Source: Basidiobolus meristosporus CBS 931.73
Taxonomy: Eukaryota; Fungi; Basidiobolomycota
NCBI GenBank assembly: GCA_002104905.1
Contig: MCFE01000467.1
Location: forward strand, 6,219-70,218
DNA: 64,000 nt
Reading direction: 5' to 3'
Position numbers and translations under genes: made by a program. The notes beneath the pieces are model-generated. The model was not told where the DNA came from and did not search any database. It was given only the letters and a program-made list of their open reading frames with translations. This document shows positions 11,787 to 25,500 of the stretch, in pieces (within the stretch, counting starts at the first letter, position 1; each line of letters begins with the position of its first letter).

Positions 11787-14036
11787 ATGTCTAGCACTGT
11801 GGATCAACTAGGTAAACCATCGTCAATAGCACCTACCGATATTATACCTGACCTCACCCTCATACAAACCCCGTATGTAACCATGTTTGTTATCTCTAGA
11901 GGAAAATTTCGTAGCACACTCATCTGGAGTGAACTGTTTAAAGTTTGGTACAAAATCTGGAAGGGTTTTTGTATCGGGTGGGAACGACAGTTTAGTGAAA
12001 GTATGGATCGTAGGAAAATCCGAGTCGGAGATGGTGAGACCCGTTGTATTGACTTGTGTGTCGGTATACTGCTAACACTAGTTGCGCTCCAGTCTCTTTC
12101 TGGGCTACGAGCACCGGTCAAGACAGTAGGCTTAGATTCGTATGAACTCATTGCGGGCGGTGGTACTATCGATGGCGAGATCAAGCTCTGGGATCTTGTC
12201 AGAGCAAAAGGTACGCTTCTCATGTGGCTAGACGACCATAGCACCAGATGGTAACGATTCCCTCCAGCAATTAGAACATTCAATGCCAGCAAGACTGCCA
12301 TACAAAGCCTAGAGTTTCACCCCTTTGGTGGTTTCCTTGCGTCTGCATCCAAGAGCACCATCAAGGTGTGGGATATTCGAGAGAGAAAATGCATCCAAAC
12401 TTACAAGGATGCAACCAACACACTGAAGATGAGCCCTGACGGCCGACTGATCATCACTGGAGGTGTTGACTCTTCAGTCAAGGTAGGCTCCACCACACTC
12501 AAGCAGCGCCATCATGCGTATTCATCATCATTCGCCACGTATTGCAGATTTGGGATCTGACCGCCGGAAAGATCTTGAAAACATTTTCAGGACACACATC
12601 ACCTGTAACCTCGGTCGCCATTCACCCCCATGAATGTTTATTAGCTACGAGCGAGCTATCGGGGTGTGTAAAGTTCTGGGATATTGATCGATTCGAAATG
12701 GTTGGCAGCCTGGATCCACACAGCGGGGATCTGGATGCCAGTAAAGCTGTGAACTCTATCCAATTCGGCCCCGACGGGTCATCTCTGGTTGGTGTAGGTC
12801 AGAACGTCATGAAGGTAACACCAGCCTCGATGCGCTCCTCTGTTAGGTAGACGACTAACGACCCCATGTGCAGATGTATGGATGGGAGCCTGCCCAATGC
12901 TATTCCAGGATTACTCCTCCTTGGACCAACCTGGCGGACTTCAGCATAACCAAAGCAAACCAGTTTATCGGTGCGAACATCGTGAACGACACCATCAACA
13001 CCTGGGCAATGGATATGATGGTACGACAGCCATTCACATCGCATTTTGGAACTGCACTGACCCCTCTCGTTAGGACTTGATGAAGTACCCGGAGGATCAG
13101 AACGATCTAGAAGACCAGGTGGCCGTCAGCACAATCAGTAAGAGATAGTTCGCTTAGCCCCAGCCGGTAGAGTCGGTGTTAACCTCGTTGATGACCATAG
13201 CCAAGAAACTGGATGAGATTGCTGTTAACAGCCCTGCCCCAAGCACCGCCTCTGCCCCAAGGTCACCCTTCGACCACCACCACTCTCTAGAGAAGCCAGT
13301 CTTGAACAGCCCCGCGCCTCTGAACACCCCCACCTCCAACCCTAGCCCCGACCAACGCTCCCCGAAGCCGCACTCCAGCATTAGCATCGGCACCCAGTCG
13401 TGGCAGAGCGAGGAAGACTTTGTTGAACATCTCTCGAACGGCCACGCTTCCGTAGCCGATCAAATGGCCAAGCGTCTGGAGGATGTTCGTGCTTTGAGAG
13501 CAACTTGGGACGAGGCGGGGGTCACTCGAGCGTTGAAAATGTTGCCAACCATCAAAGACACGGCGGTGTATGTCGATCTCCTCAAGATCTTCACCCTCAA
13601 TCCCAAGCTACTGAACATCGAAGCCTCAATCACTATCCTTCCCCTGGTGACAGAGCTGTTGTTCGAGCCGTACGAAAAGTAAGCAACACATCACCCCTTC
13701 CCTCAGCAAAGAAGCTAACTTGGCACCAGTTACATCATCACCGCCAGCACAGTCATCAAGCAAATCATCCGGAACCACCAGATCGCGATCAAAAACATTG
13801 TGGACAACAACAGGCCTCCCTTAACCCAACACAAGTCAGTAGGAATGGCATCGATTGAACCCAGAGTTTGTAGTAACCACCCAGTTGATTCTATTTACAG
13901 GAAAAAGGTCCGTGAATGCTACCAGGGACTTCAGGATGTCAAGGTGCTGCTGATGGACCTGAAGAATACTCCTGGCCAGGTGGGAGCAGCCGTTCGCGAC
14001 GCACTCAATGAGTTCTCTACCCTCCCACACTGTTAA
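11787..14036 (+). CDS. KATNB1: Katanin p80 WD40 subunit B1, spliced
   Basis: MSSTVDQL|EENFVAHSSGVNCLKFGTKSGRVFVSGGNDSLVKVW, further WD40 repeats, and a C-terminal con80 region (GHASVADQMAKRLEDVRALRATW..DTAVYVDLL). Confidence 0.85.
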
Positions 14037-14283
14037 TTTCCTAATCTGATGGGATCCCTGATATTTGAACTTTTTGTCCGTTTTGTAAGCTGTATATATC
14101 CTACAAATTGTCAATAAATGCGCCTTCATTCCTGGTAAACTGCATTGATCCTTTCTGTATGCTTTGGAGCGATCCTAGGCGATCAAATTTTCCTGAAAAA
14201 AATCAATCTCTGCTTTTTTTTATTTGGCTGGATGGACATAGTCCGTACTTTTTGCCCACTTTGTTGTCACGGTTCGTTAGAAT

Positions 14284-15096
14284 ATGGCGAAATCAATTAC
14301 CCTCGGTGATGCTGTGAACCAGCTAGAAGCTTCCCTCTCGAAGATTCAGGCCCATCTCGATCCGCTATTGAGCGCTCCCTTAAACGAAACCATCGGCAAA
14401 CTGCCAGTTATGGATCGTTGCAAGTTGGAGGTTATGGTGGCATATGCCATTAACACCTTGTTCTGGAGTAAGTTTGAGGTTGCTGGAAGACCCCGTATTT
14501 TCCAATACTGACCCTTGCAAACAGTATATCTCAAGACCCAAGGAGTCCCACCAAACGACCATCCTGTTATGAAAGAATTGGTAACTTGAATTTTCCAACA
14601 CGTCCATCTGTCAGGTTATTTACACCACCTCTCAGGAACGTATCCGAGGCTATATTCAGAAAATCAAGGAAACCGAAGGAACGCACAAACGTAAGTAGCG
14701 GAGTACAATTAAGGGTTTTGTGCCTAACATAGGGCATTGCGATATTCTTGTTCGACACGTATTGATCCTTTACTCTAGCTACCTTGACCGTTGACAAAGA
14801 AGCAGCTGCACGTTTTATCAAGAACGCTCTCAACGAATCTGAAGCCACCCAAGGTAAGATACGGATGTTTCCACTTTGTTTACACGTGTTCGTCCTAACC
14901 AACGCCCGTGTCTTAAGAAAATGAAACTAAGGAAGAGGCAGAAGAGGATGAAATGGAGGTAGACGAAGAAAAGGTAGAGGAGGACACCGCGGCCGACTCC
15001 AGCAAGAAGAGAAAGCCCGAGAGTGTCAAGAAGGAGACCACTACTCCTTCCAAGAAGAAGGCCGTGAAAGGAAAGGGGAGAAAAGGAAAGAAATAG
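14284..15096 (+). CDS. C1D: Nuclear exosome cofactor C1D/Lrp1/Rrp47 (Sas10/Utp3/C1D family), spliced
   Basis: KLEVMVAYAINTLFW|IYLKTQGVPPNDHPVMKEL|ERIRGYIQKIK; acidic then lysine-rich tail ending in TAG at 15094-15096. Confidence 0.88.
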
Positions 15097-15576
15097 ACAA
15101 ATATTGAGTAATTAGATGGCCTTGACTGTTTTCTTTACTATTATCCAAGTATGTAAATAAAGTTTAAAGCATATTATCCTGACCTAACCAGCTGTCCGAC
15201 AAAAGCTTTTGAGGCTACGTTAGGGTCAGTTAAAGGACAGGACCCCATGTGGAACGTTACTCGGAGTAGTTGGTTAGAACCATTAATTTGTGTTAGTTAC
15301 TAGAGCCAAATGGCAGACCAAGCAATCCATAAGCGATGAGACACGGAGCGAACCCCGAACTTATTGCTTGGCCAATATAGGGATATGTTACACACCGATA
15401 CTAAATCGAGGCAAATACGAGGATTGCTGAAAATTCAAGTTTATTTGAGTTGGCTAAATGAATGACTTAATTGTTGTTCGTTACCATCGCAAGCAAACAC
15501 TTCTTATTTCTATAGCAACTGTTGCGCGGTTCGTCTTTACTCTTTACTTTAGTATCACTACCTTATACACCTCGAC

Positions 15577-17948
15577 ATGGAAGAGGAGCTTTTCTATCTG
15601 CAGCCAGGCTTCGACCCTGCGAAGTTAAAAGTGGTAGACCTGCGTCGAATCTTACTGAAACACGGTGTAGAATTCAACACCAACAGCAAAAAGCAAGTAC
15701 TTGTAGACCTATTTGAGTTGTATATCACTCCAAACGCTGAGCAATGGCTGAAAGATGTCAGCAAACTTCAAGTAAAAGATAGAAGCGGCACCATTTTGGA
15801 AAAGCCAAAGGTAATTTCTCTCAGCAAGGCTGTCCTTCTACTCCAACTTACACCCTCTACAGTCAAGGCCAACCTCCCCAGTATTTTCTACTCCAGGAAA
15901 ATCAATGCGCGTGGTAAGCCTTTGCAGACAACAACAGACCAAGGCTGAGAATGAAGCTGATGCTTTTGAAAACATAGAAAGATGTAGTGAAAAACATCGA
16001 ACTGCTGAGTTCTGACGGAGAAAATTCACCACCAAGAAGAAGAACTCGTACACCCAAGGTTGGCTTTCTTGGATGGCCAGTAGGAAGGAGACTACTCACG
16101 CATATTCCTTCACCAGGACGCCGACTATTTCTCTGATGAAAATCCATTCCAAAGTGGAGATGAAACTCCAGAAAGGCCTCGCCGCCGTACAAAGGTTTGC
16201 AAGAAGTTGATTTCACCCGGTATCGAGACGGTGCACTCAGCATACTCTCCTTTAGACCAGAAGGTCGACTCGGCATTCCCTCAAACGCACTGAATCATCG
16301 CCAGCACCATCGCCAGCACCATCACCACATCGTTTCATGAACCCCAATTTCATGAAAGCTAACATGTCGGTCAGTTACTCCCCAGACATCATGACCCATC
16401 TAAAATCTTCCAGGGGCGCCCATGACACACCCACCAGTAGTGCCAAGGGGCTGCCGCTGCCTAAGCGCCTCCGAGGCACAGAGGCCCAAGCCAAGCGTGC
16501 ATCGAAGAGCTATGGAATAGGGCCATTTTGGACATTCGTATGGATCGTTCTGCTGGGATACGGGGTGTGGTATCGCCAGACCAGCATGAAGATCGGCTAT
16601 TGCGCAGAAGGGCATGACGACACTGGTACGAATGGTTGCTACAAATGCATTACTGCCAGACTAACACTCGTATTGCAGAGCAACCCGACATCCCCTACCA
16701 ATTCCTCTATCCTGAGTGCACCCCCTGCCCTCATCACGGACACTGCGAAAGCTCAAAGTTCCTTGGATGTAGCGACGAGTTCATTCCCAAAACCCACCCA
16801 CTCACCAATCTCCTGTTCCCATTGGAAATTGAATGCGTGCCCGATTCCGCAAAGATCAGCAAGATCCAAGCCTTGGCGAACCACATGAAGGAGGAGTTGA
16901 GCGCACGCGCAGGAACCGTGCAATGTGATCCCAGCATCCCAGAAAACGCCACATTCGCGCACAGCATCGTATATGAGCCGGAGCTAAAGGATATCTTGGA
17001 GCAACGGAAAGATGTGAGAGCCAACTAGAATACCCACCAGCTCAGGAGACTAATGGCTTTTTGAGTGCAGATTGGGATGAATTTGGTGGAATTAGCTGAG
17101 TTGTGGAAACCAGCGGTCCGTGACCTGGTGAGCCAGCGCCACCACATCCAAACTGGAACTGACGAAAGGTATCACGTGTCATTCCCGTTCTCTCCACCTG
17201 CGATGTTGTAACCGTCTTTGTTCGCCAGCGGCACAGCCTACTTCATGTCCCGCCAACCTACCTATCCACTGGGATGCCGTATCAAGAAGAAAGCCTCCGA
17301 GTTCCTACACAAACATTTGAACGAGCTGGGTGGGATCACTTTGATCGTGGGACTGATTTGGTACATTAGACACAGATACCAAGGTAGTGGCCGATACGCT
17401 TGGCGCGTTCCACCGCCCAGACTAAATAGAGCTTTATCTAGACTACGCAAACGAGACCAAATTAGCGGCTGAACTGGTGGACACAGTCCTAAATCGCCTT
17501 GTAGATCAGGTATGATATCTGGGTGGTTACGGTTGATTTGGTTAGGAAAGCTCACTCGAAACACAGGAACACTATCACTACGTGGACCCCGTGCAGCATC
17601 CAACCAATGTTCTGTCTGTTTCGCATCTCCGCGACTTCTTGTTAAGCACTGAGCACAATCATGTCCGTCGCCAACGTATTTGGGAGAAAGTGCGTCGAAT
17701 TGTGGAGGCAAACTCCAACGTTCGCGCTGGAAAAATGGAGATCAAGGGAGAGCCACACCGAGTGTGGGAATGGGTGGGGACTGCCCCGATTACACCCAAG
17801 GTAATTTGATCGATAACCCTGGGAAATGCTGGATTGTTTGACTGACCAGTTGCAATAGATGCCAAGCACGCCGATCTATCCCAAGCTGGGTGTAGACACA
17901 CTCGGTGTAGACGCAGAATCCTACATACCCGAGGAGATCGTCGATTAA
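15577..17948 (+). CDS. SRC1: Inner nuclear membrane protein SRC1/HEH1 (HeH/LEM-like domain plus Man1-Src1p C-terminal domain), spliced
   Basis: N-terminal YLQPGFDPAKLKVVDLRRILLKHGV; transmembrane segments; lumenal CTPCPHHGHC; C-terminal LRD..IWEKVRRIVEANSNVR..GEPHRVWEWVG. Confidence 0.9.
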
Positions 17949-18003
17949 TAAAGATGCGTTTTCATGTGATGTAGCAATGTTTATTGACGCATTGACTCTA
18001 TGC

Positions 18004-20592
18004 TCATTGATCCGAATTGTTGATGATTTGTCTTTCCATTAACTTGCGGAAAAGCCCATTCTCCTTTTGGCTTAGCTCGTAGAAGGTTCCTTCTTCCTGC
18101 ACTCGTCCGTTCTGTAGACATATCACAACATCAGAGATACGGATCGTGGAGATTCGATGTGCGATGGTCAATGTGGTACGGTTCAGAGTGAGTCGATCTA
18201 AGGCCTCTTGCACCAGGTATTCACTTTCACCATCTAAAGCAGAGGTGGCCTCATCGAGAATGAGGATACGGGGATTCTTCAACAAAGCGCGAGCGATGGC
18301 AATGCTAAACAGACGAATGAGTACTGCTGGGGGGGGGAATCGTTTCAAAGGAATTGATGCGTACCGTTGCTTTTGTCCGCCAGACAAACTAATACCACGT
18401 TCTCCAACATATGTATCGAAGCCGTCCTTGAAATTCTCAATGAAATTACAGTTCGCTTGGCGTGCTGCCTCCTCAATTTCCTCGCGTGTGGCCCCTTTCT
18501 TGCCATAAGCGATATTCTCTCCAACGGTGCCGGCAAACAGGGCAGGTTCTTGACTTACAATACCGATCTGCTCACGTAACCAGCGAAGATTTAGGGTGCG
18601 AATATCATGACCGTCGATCAGGATGGAGCCGTGAAGTGGGTCATAATACCGTAACAAGAGCGAAGATACGGTGCTTTTACCGCCACCGGAAGATCCGGTA
18701 ATTGCTGAAAAAAGGAGGGGTATTAGGGAAGCGTAAGTGGATTACGAGCCAATGCCTTTACCCATCATCTTCCCAGGCTCCACTGTAAATGTCAAATCTT
18801 TGAAGATCTCATTTCCTGGTCGGGTGGGATATGCAAATTGAACATTTTTGAACGTGATCTCGCCCTTGACATCGGCCAGGATTTTCCCTCCTAAATATCA
18901 TCGATCAGACCATCGATCGCTCTCAAACTGACGAGCTTCACCAAACCTTCCAAAGAAATGCCCGGCTGCTGATCCATAAGCTCAAACAATCTGGTACTTG
19001 CACCAATGCCCTTCATTACCTCGGAATAGAAGTTGGTCAATCCTGGTTGATTCATTGGTAAGTTAGGACTTTAGCAGGAGCAATTGGTCCATTGAACATA
19101 CCCATCAGCGAAGACCCAACATATGCCGTGTAGAGCATAAACGAGGTAAGCTGCCCCACTGTGATGGATCCGTCCATCACCATGCGTCCACCAAGCCCGA
19201 GCAAAGCCAGGATGGTCAGATTGCCTGCCATGCCGGTCTGAAGTGTGCGTTAATACGTGGGAGCTAGCTGATCAAGAAGCCAAGATATCTACCCCTCCAA
19301 AGAAAAACCCGTTGGCCATGGCCTCCTTCTTGGCGAGGTCAAAAACATCCTGGACTCGCATTTCGTAGCGGTTGACCTCGTCATTCTCCCGAACGAAGGC
19401 TTGGACAGTACGAATATTACCCACTCGCTCCTCAGCTACTTTGGTGATTGTCCCTAATGCATCCTGGGTCTTACGTGAAAGCTCTTTCACATATCTACCG
19501 TAGAAGACTCCTCCGAGTGCGATTGGCGGGACGATCATCATCATAGTAAGCTGTACAGTTTAGCTAAACGGGCAGAGCATCCCTGTTTAGAAGAAGTGCT
19601 TACCGTGAGTTTCCCGCTAACATAGATCATTGTACTCAACCCTGCGGTAGCAGTGATGATACTCCTTCGAATTCACAATCAATATTAGCGCCATCCACCT
19701 CGAATATTACGATGCGCGGAGCTACCTTAGACCATCGGAGATGTTGTTGGATATGGTCTTTCCAACCACCGCAGTGTCCAGAGAAAGTCTGGATATCAAG
19801 TCGCCACTGCGGTTGGCATCGAAGAAGGTCATGTCTTTCTTCATAATTGAGTCATATAGATTGGTACGCAGGCGAGCGATTACTTTTTCACCAGCCACCC
19901 GGATCAAAACAATTCTGCCGATGTTCGCTAGAGCTCCACAGGCAAAAACCCCACCAAGCAGTGCAAAGAATTGAGTCAACTCTAGATCGAAGGGGATTTT
20001 GGAACTTTCCGTAACGATATCGATTATTTTGCCCATAGAAAATGGGACAGACTACGCAATTGCCTGGAGATTAAAATGCGCTCTTAGACATAAGGCAACC
20101 CTAATACCTACCATGGTAATGGCTGAGGAAATAACAAGCAAACCAATGGCGCCTATGGAACTGTGATTACTACGCAGCCGGAGCCTTGGAGTTTGTTGGC
20201 TTCAAACAAATACCTGAAATCATCTTCGCTTCGGGCCTAGCCAAATTAAGCAATCTTAGTGCTTGCTTCCAATCCGAAGACCCTGCCTTTGCTTGACTCG
20301 TCGACTCGATAGTTTTTGGTGAAGGAATTCCCAGCTTCTCCTTATTAATCTCGCCGGTATTCTTGGATAGGTGGCGAATGGGTGTAGATTGTACAAATTC
20401 TTTGCGCACAGGTCTCAGAGTATTACATAAACTAGTGAATGGTCTCAAGTTCGGCTTCAAACATGGTCTCGAGATCCGATGGCTATTCCGCACCAAGCTT
20501 TGTTGTCCGGATAGACGCCAACCTGTGGTGATTGCGGCCCGTGTGAAACGGGCAGTGTCTGTACGAACGCCACACCATAACGAGGTAATCAT
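18004..20592 (-). CDS. MDL1: Mitochondrial ABCB half-transporter (MDL1/ABCB10-like), spliced
   Basis: Arg-rich presequence; TMD with [19 protein letters not shown] and [14 protein letters not shown]; Walker [10 protein letters not shown]; LSGGQKQR; [12 protein letters not shown]; IAHR. Confidence 0.92.
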
Positions 20593-21040
20593 GACTAGTT
20601 GCTTGCCACTGAATATTCTCTAAGCTCAATGAACAATTACCAGGAGGTCCAGCGCGAAATGACTACCCACTCCGGGAATATGACATCGTGATCAATCAAG
20701 ATTTGTTAAAATTTCGAGGATCCAATCCAGGATCAGCTACGGAAAACGAGCCCACCCTTGCTACCCTTGACACTAGATGAGTACATTATTGGCAGTGGGC
20801 TACGGTGACATTATTGGCAATGGACCAGGCCATCGATGTTCATATGAATTAAACTTCATGGAGGCATATTCATGATTTCGAACATTCCGTTGATCCTGAT
20901 TCGATGGTCTCTTTGTTCTTATGCAGCTACCACTAAAATTCGACGAGGCTTGGAGCGTATACATTATGAAGTAGGCGAGGGTTTACCAGCTATCCTGAAC
21001 ACTCCCTCCCATATTTTGTGAAGCCCTGTTGATTTGTACG

Positions 21041-22390
21041 ATGCTGAAGTTCGAGGTATAAAGTGTGCGAAGTATGCTTTGAAACTTTCCCTTTTCTAAC
21101 ACCGGTATCTCTTCCAAAGATATGCATAGATTCAGTCATTTCTGGCGAGAATGCAGGTACTTTATCCCAAACTGTCTGACTTTCGGTCGCCTGGTCTGAA
21201 ACCTTGTGTAGATAAAGCTGGTGCTTGTAGAGTGGAATTATGCGACAACCTGGTGGAAGGCGGGACTACTCCCTCCGCAGGTAGGAGTGTACTTTTCTTA
21301 AGCAAGACTGTTGTGCCTAAACGAAGCCGATACAGCTATGATAGAACTCGTCAAATCTCGTATCAAGACCCCAGTCATGGTAACCGGCGTATGCACATAT
21401 TCTTCCGAGACCTTCAAAGTAACCTTTTCTTGCGCTGAAATAGGTTATGATTAGACCTCGGTATGTATGCTGCCTGCGTAGGTGATGTTAGAATGGCTAT
21501 TGATCCCGGATACAACGCCCAAATGTTCGATAGTGGCGGCGACTTTTGTTACGACGAGGATGAATTTTGGATTATGAAGCGGGATATCGAGGTACGCATC
21601 GAAGCACGTCCATCAAACACCAGTACTTACCAATTGCCCATACAGCTTTGCAAGCAATGGGGGGTTTACGGCGTGGTATTCGGCATACTCACGGAAGACG
21701 GCTTTGTTGATGTACCTAGATGCAAAGAGTTAGTAAACCTTTCTCTTGACGAAGGAAACCCGGACCTCGTTACTAACGAATTGGTAGGCTTGTCGAGTTA
21801 GCAAAGCCCATGAAAGGTGAGAGGTAGCGGTCGTATGCAACATCCATTCATCATTGCTCAACCTATTGCAAAGTTACCTTCCATCGTGCTTTCGACATGG
21901 CAAACGACCCCTATAGGGCTTTAGAGGATGTCATATCCATCGGAGGAATTGAACGTATCCTGACTAGGTAAGAATGGGCCCCTTCCTGATCCGACCTGTT
22001 CGATCGCTGATTTGCTCCTCGCAGCGGGCAGGAAAAGAGCGTCCTTGAAGGATCAGAGTGTATCGCAGAGCTGGTTAAACGCGCAGGCGATCGCATCATT
22101 ATCATGCCTGGTGGTGGTGAGTAGCAAGCCCGTCCTTGTTCACCACTTCAACCGACTAATTAGGTCTCCAAGGTGTGACCGAGAGAAACATCCAGCGGAT
22201 CCTTCGACTCACCAACGTCCAAGAAATTCATATTTCAGCCAGTAGCTCCAGACCATCCCAGATGGTGTACCGGAACCCCAATTGCTCCATGGGGTTCACC
22301 TTGAGCAGCCCGGAATACTCCATCAAAATAGCTAGCCAAGAGCGCATCCAAAGCATGATGCAGCACGCATCCCACCAAGCGAATGAATAA
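21041..22390 (+). CDS. CUTC: Copper homeostasis protein CutC, spliced
   Basis: Spliced reconstruction MLKFE|ICIDSVISGENA|DKAGACRVELCDNLVEGGTTPS..VMIRPR|GGDFCY..MKRDIE..GVVFGILTEDG..TFHRAFD..ILT(SG). Confidence 0.92.
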
Positions 22391-22521
22391 AAATTGGATC
22401 GTTTATTTTTCCAATTATAAAGTACAGATTCTGGAGAGTGTGATGGAGGGAGTGATCTTCGGAAGGAAAAATAGAACTTTTCGAACGTTGCTAACGTAAT
22501 ATACATTAAAGGTGGTTTGGG

Positions 22522-25500
22522 TTAGTTGGGAGCTTGGTGGCTACACTCGTCGGTCTCCTCGTCGACCTTGCGGAAGTAGATCTTCAGCTGTTGCTGGAGC
22601 TCCTCCAGAAGACGCTGAAGCCTGTCTACGCTTGAGCTGGAGATGGGTCTTTCTTCAGCTAAACGGGCTCCGATGGAGTTCTCCAACTCGGATACAAGTG
22701 AATCAAGCACAGTGTAGGGGAGGTACCGGGAGGTCATTTGGACCGTGACCGGATGGACCACGGAGAGCTCTTTGCGAATCTGCTTCAGAGCGCATTGCGC
22801 CGCCTCTTCGATCAGGTCGTATTTCATGCAAATCCGGATGTAATCCTCGCAGTTGTATGTCAGGTAGGTCTGGGCCAACCAGGGGGGGAGTAGCATCTCA
22901 CTCGTGGACGACAGGAATCGTTCGATCACACATTTGTGGTATTTGAAGCACGTCGCTTGCGAATCATGTTGCATAAGATACTTGGAAAGAAGCTTCCAGG
23001 CACGATCCGAGACTGAGCCATCCCAGGTGGCCATCCCATCGTTGACCAGGATCATGTCGTTGTCGTCGATGGGTCTGTCCAGTCGGTCGTAGTCCACCAG
23101 CTGGATGCATTTGAGGGTAAGCGATTCGAAGATATGCGTCAGCTCCATCTTGAAAGTCAAGGCGGTGGAGATGGCCATGTCGTACATGCCTGCCTGAACG
23201 AAGAGGGTGACGATATCCTTCGACTCCATGGAATAGCCCGACGACTCCAGCTCCGGATAACGGCCGATGAGCTGAATCTTCGACAAACACAAGGAGTACT
23301 CTTGCTTGATGTCCTCGAGCTTGACCACCCGGTAATCGTCCTCCCGGCTGGCTTCAGTTGCGTAATCCGAAGCCCCCAAGTGAAGTCTCTTTCTGCTACG
23401 TTTGTCATGGTCGGCCAGGTCGTTGGGGCCCTTCATGACGATCCATGCGTAAGGCTCGTCGACCATGTGGAGAGCATTGATGGCGGCAAGATAACTCTTG
23501 CTTCGCTCAGCAGAGATTTTCATGAAAAGGGAGGGGGTGTCGACAGTCGCCAGACGACGGGCGTACCTATACATGGCGGCGGCGGCATTACGGTAATCCC
23601 CTCGGAATACATGGTAAACGTAGAGGATCTTGTAGTAATTCGGCGTGGACAGGATATCCGCGTGTCTCGCCTTCAGCAACAGCGTTTGCTCAACTTCTTG
23701 CTGAAGCCCGACAAACGAGAAGCGACAGAGACGATCGGTTTGATTGTTCTCGCACATCACGGTCAGCAGATGTCGAAGGCAGTCTCGCTTGGTGTCCTGC
23801 TCCGGGTTAGACATGATGGCAAGGTAGGCCTCCTCATACTGGCCAAGCTCAAGTGCGCTCTTGAACAGCTTGACGGACAGCGGCTTGGTCAATTCCTTGG
23901 CATGCTTCGACTGCTTGGACAAAGTGTTGAGCGCGACCTTGGCGAAGATCATGACAAACTCGTAGGCATTGTGTTCTTCGAACATCCCGGCAACGTGGTG
24001 GTAGAAACAGGGGAGGTCCTCGCAAGTGTTGGCGTTGATGACGTACGCAAGGTCACTCTGGGCAATCCCGGTGGACTCATCCACTCCGATGGCAGCGGAT
24101 TCAAAGGAGCTCTGGGCCTCGCTGAATTGACCAGAGGCGAGGTACACTTTGCCCCAAAGATACATCACCGCAGGGCTCTTGATCAAGAACCTGAGGAATT
24201 GCGCGACTAGGCTGGAGTACCCGAAGACGACCAGCCGATATGCGAACTTGATCTGGGATGCTTGGGTGGAGATGGACAGGGAGGAGTCCGCCAGATCGAT
24301 TTTATGCAGGAACTGGGACACCGCTTGGTTCAGCAGGACGCTGACCTGGGTGGAGGCGAAGTTCAAATGGATGGGGTAGTGATGATGGAGCAAGGTGTGA
24401 ACAAGGCTGTAGCTTAAAGTTCCAGCGGCCCCGGCGGACTCCGAGACATTCAGTGTGGCGAATTTGCCGACAAAGTTCTCTGCCTCCTCCGAGAAAGAAT
24501 CCTCCTCCACCTCCACGGGACGCGGCTTCTCCACCATTTGGGTCGACATCCAGTTCATCAACGAGTAGGAGTGCATAGCAGACATGCTGCAAGAGAAGAC
24601 GGACACCGAGTTGCTCATCAGCTTGCGGTGGCCGTCAAAGACCAAGACCACCGTCATCAGGAGAAACAGGTTGCGGCTGAATGCGTAGCGGGATCCGACG
24701 ACCTGCTGAATCCCCATGGCGATGATTGCATCCATAAGCATGCTGGTTTTGAAGATGAGCTGGGCAGCGTCGGCCTCGGCCTCGGCATTATGGGACTCCA
24801 GTTTGACATCCACAAGGGAGTCGAGCAGCACGCTGATCGTCCCCTTAAGGTCATTGCACGACTTCAGCAGATTGAATATGCGCTTGATCAAGGCGGGCGA
24901 GACGAAGATGGCGAGGTGCTTGTCGTAGAACTCTTGGGCAAAGGACTCCACCGAGAGGAACAGAGGATTGGAAAGCACAGAGCAGAGGTCCTCCTCCAGG
25001 CTGGTCATGTTGCCAGAGGGAATGGCTTGGGTGATAAACTTCAGGCACTTGCTTAACTTGACAATATCCCCTCGAATGTCGTTCACCGATATCTGTGAAT
25101 ATGACGACGCCAACAGCTTCGATGAAACGAGGGAGAGTCCAGCAAGCTCCAAGTCCCCGTTCAAGTGGTGGTACAGGCCTCCATGGGGTCACAGGCGCGA
25201 ACAGTGGAGAAGCCCTCGCGTTTGACGACGAAGACGGTATGAGTCAATGACAGCATCGACAAGCCTAATGGCGAGTTGGCTCGGTTGTGCAACTCAATGC
25301 AGGTAGAAACAAAGCGAAGCCACTTGACCTTGACCTTTTTGAGGAGTTCCTCAGGTGTGTCGTCGGCAGCGTCCGTGTGGTCCGGAGACTCGATGATGCT
25401 CGAGATCTCATCACGCACACCAACCCTGCAGAGACGGAAGCTCTTGTTGTCGTCTTGTTCGCTGACATACAGGCTCAGTGCCTCGTTGAGGACGGGGGTG

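Noticed and set aside
15262-15330. TAGTTGGTTAGA resembling a tRNA D-loop/A-box
   Set aside because: No acceptor stem and no GTTCRA T-loop at the proper distance.
5765-22390. Urease, VOC and CutC as a metal-homeostasis cluster
   Set aside because: CutC is 12 kb away behind unrelated housekeeping genes, and no urease accessory or nickel transporter genes are present.
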